DNA of 63,575 nucleotides, the filler included, from Atractiella rhizophila (Eukaryota): NCBI GenBank assembly GCA_021432655.1. It is 5 parts of 4 records of this genome, joined end to end, with 100 filler letters (N's around TTAATTAATTAA, not from the genome) between each part and the next. Parts side by side here need not be neighbours in the genome. Positions count along the whole stretch, not along the records: positions 61,532 to 63,575 come from MU271245.1; 4 more parts are not named here. One strand, written 5' to 3'. The notes beneath the pieces were generated by a model. That model made no database searches, had not been told where the DNA came from, and worked only from the letters and a program-made list of their open reading frames with translations. Shown piece by piece: positions 61,532 through 63,575 of this stretch. A program made the translations under genes and the position numbers. Position 1 is the stretch's first letter. Each line of letters opens with the position of its first letter.

Positions 61532-63575
61532 GTGCACGACGAACCATATGACCTGCGCCGAAGACTTTGAGGTAGGTAAAGTTGCCTGCTCCTTCGCCTC
61601 CAGTCCTCACTTCACCAGCGGGTTTGCCATTAACGAAGAACAATTTGTCTTTTCCCTCTTCAAGTTCCTTCTGGAATGGTGTGGGAAGCGCGAGGACCCA
61701 TCGTTTGTTTCCGATCCAGTTGCACTTGTAATCTTCCCGGTCGTTCAGTGCGTACTCTGGAATATGGAGAGAGAGACGAACCCCATTCGCCTGCGTAGAT
61801 GAGCACCCTGATTCCATCAGAGATGAGCGGCTGGAGGAGGAGAGAGTTTTTGTACGAGGATTCGCCCTGCGCTTCAATCAGATGCCGATGTTCATTTCAA
61901 GAACGGAGAAGCAGTCACCGCTACACATCCAGGTCAAGGAGGGTACTCAGCCAGTATTCAGTACCGGAGAAACGACCTACAAAGCATGAAATTTTGGCCG
62001 ACTTCATTGGTATCATCGCCTGCCCCCTTCTGTCAACTCCTGTTCCGATGGTCAGCACGAGAATGAACCATAGCTGATGTTTTTCGGCACTCCAAGCTCC
62101 TTCTTCACGTCTTCTCTGTTCATATAGGCGCCGACGCTCGTTGCCCAAGCGTAACAGCTCAAATCCTGTTCACCGGGACATGTCCTGCGCACGTCGAAGG
62201 GGTCCTTATTGGCTAATCCGAGATGAGGTCAGTCAAAGGACGAAAGAGGCAGCCTGGAGCAACATGCAATAAGAAGAAAGTTCGCTCATCAACCCAAAAC
62301 CTTTCAAGACAGCAGTAGAACAAATCAGCTGATCCCTCGTCTCGTAACACAATTCTGATAATCGTCTGGAGACGTCCGCCTTGGAAATAGCATCGATTTC
62401 TGCGCAGATGGAGGAATTGAGGAAGCTGTATGGAGGGGAGTGGCAGGCATATTCCGTTAAAGCTGGGAACTTGAAGTGCCAGAGAGCAGCCGTTAAAGAT
62501 GAGGAACATCAGCGATAAAAGATGTGGACGGACTTGGTACACAGGGTCAGTGAGCCCATTCCCAATCATGACTGTTTGAAGAGGGATGTGCAGTCCGTCC
62601 TTAGCCACATTGTGGTTGTATATCGCGTTGACCATATGAGGGACATAAATCCCACCGTATGACTATAGTAGGTACGTCCAGTTCAGCAACTATTTTGAGA
62701 AGCAAGTTGTAATCGAAAAGGACTGACCTCTCCAGCGAGCGTGAATCCTCCTTTGAGATATTTGGGGAACTGCTGGTAGAAGAGCTGGAGGAAGGTCCAC
62801 ACGTCCTCCGCACCTTCAACGGAGTTTGCGACTTGGTGATCATCGTCGTGATAGGAAAAGCCGACCTGAACGGCCGACACGACAGGTAAACAAGAGGTAA
62901 CTCTTGGAAAGAGGGGGAGAAGTCTTACGGGCACAGGTTGGTCAATGAAGATGAGGTTTGCAAAGCTGTTCCAAGAATATTCGTTGATGTAGGTTTCCTT
63001 TCCATCATCCGAAACGAGACATGGTCCTATAGTGGTCTCTGTTATTTGGTATTTGGTAGAGCTTGAGGAACGCACCCAACTCGCTTAACATGCCCATGAA
63101 CGATGAGCCGCCTGGACCACCTGTCGCAAATGTATTCATATCATAAGTCTGAGGACTAGCAGGTAAAGCAAATACCTTGAATCCAAAGAATCATCTGCGC
63201 GGAAGGAAAGGTTGGTTCGGCATTTCATTCTTCTGAGGAAACTACGCACAGGATCGTTCTCGGGGTCACTTCTCGACTCGAAGAACCACCAAAAGATATG
63301 CTTGGTCTCAGAAATATCCATAAATCCTGAATACTGCACAAACCCCTTCTTTTTTCGCAAATCTGTCAGTTATAGCCAATGATATCAGTTTCGGATGACC
63401 CAAACATAATCAAGAACGCGCCTGAGGTTGTTTGTACCGCAGTTGGTATTCAGGAAAAGCTTCATGTTTGAATATTCCAAACTCTCCTTCCTCTTGCTGA
63501 GAAACTGGAGGTCGCACGACCTGAAGGAGTTGTTGGTCACTTTGAAAACGTGATCAAGCCTGAAAAGGCTGGCAG
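61532..63575 (-). CDS. Serine carboxypeptidase, peptidase S10; multi-exon, both ends cut off
   Basis: [66 protein letters not shown]. Confidence 0.95.

Noticed and set aside
1..63575. Functional gene cluster spanning the window; rRNA or tRNA genes
   Set aside because: The contigs are unlinked, and no rRNA or tRNA was recognised by eye.

Overview
Eukaryotic, intron-rich fungal DNA (basidiomycete-like: ~50-nt introns, TTAGGG telomere). The window is five unlinked contigs joined by artificial 100-bp linkers (44 N + TTAATTAATTAA + 44 N) at 14562, 29125, 59516 and 61432, so adjacency across linkers means nothing. Contig 1 (1-14561): secreted FAD oxidoreductase, hypothetical gene, macro-domain gene, coiled-coil gene with an in-frame exon/intron duplication, two-HKD phospholipase D. 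Contig 2 (14662-29124): chromosome end with (TAACCC)15, then decayed Copia/Gypsy pieces, a FunK1 kinase pseudogene and one intact intronless ORF. Contig 3 (29225-59515): three paralogues of an atypical kinase, an F-box gene, a CACTA/tnp2 transposase divergent from a SAP-domain gene, a Helitron remnant, and a young full-length chromodomain Ty3/Gypsy (identical 441-bp LTRs, CACAT target-site duplication). Contigs 4 and 5: nudC and an S10 carboxypeptidase. Main novelty: LTRs of two unrelated families (Gypsy and Copia) carry a GT-AG intron whose 3' end duplicates the preceding first exon, which suggests an intron regenerated at strand transfer. The full-length Gypsy also has a self-priming PBS, a -1 frameshift signal, a duplicated covarying RNA structure after pol, and a spliced antisense gene encoding a Zn2Cys6-like protein. 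All alignments, gene models and folds were done by eye; no searches were run.
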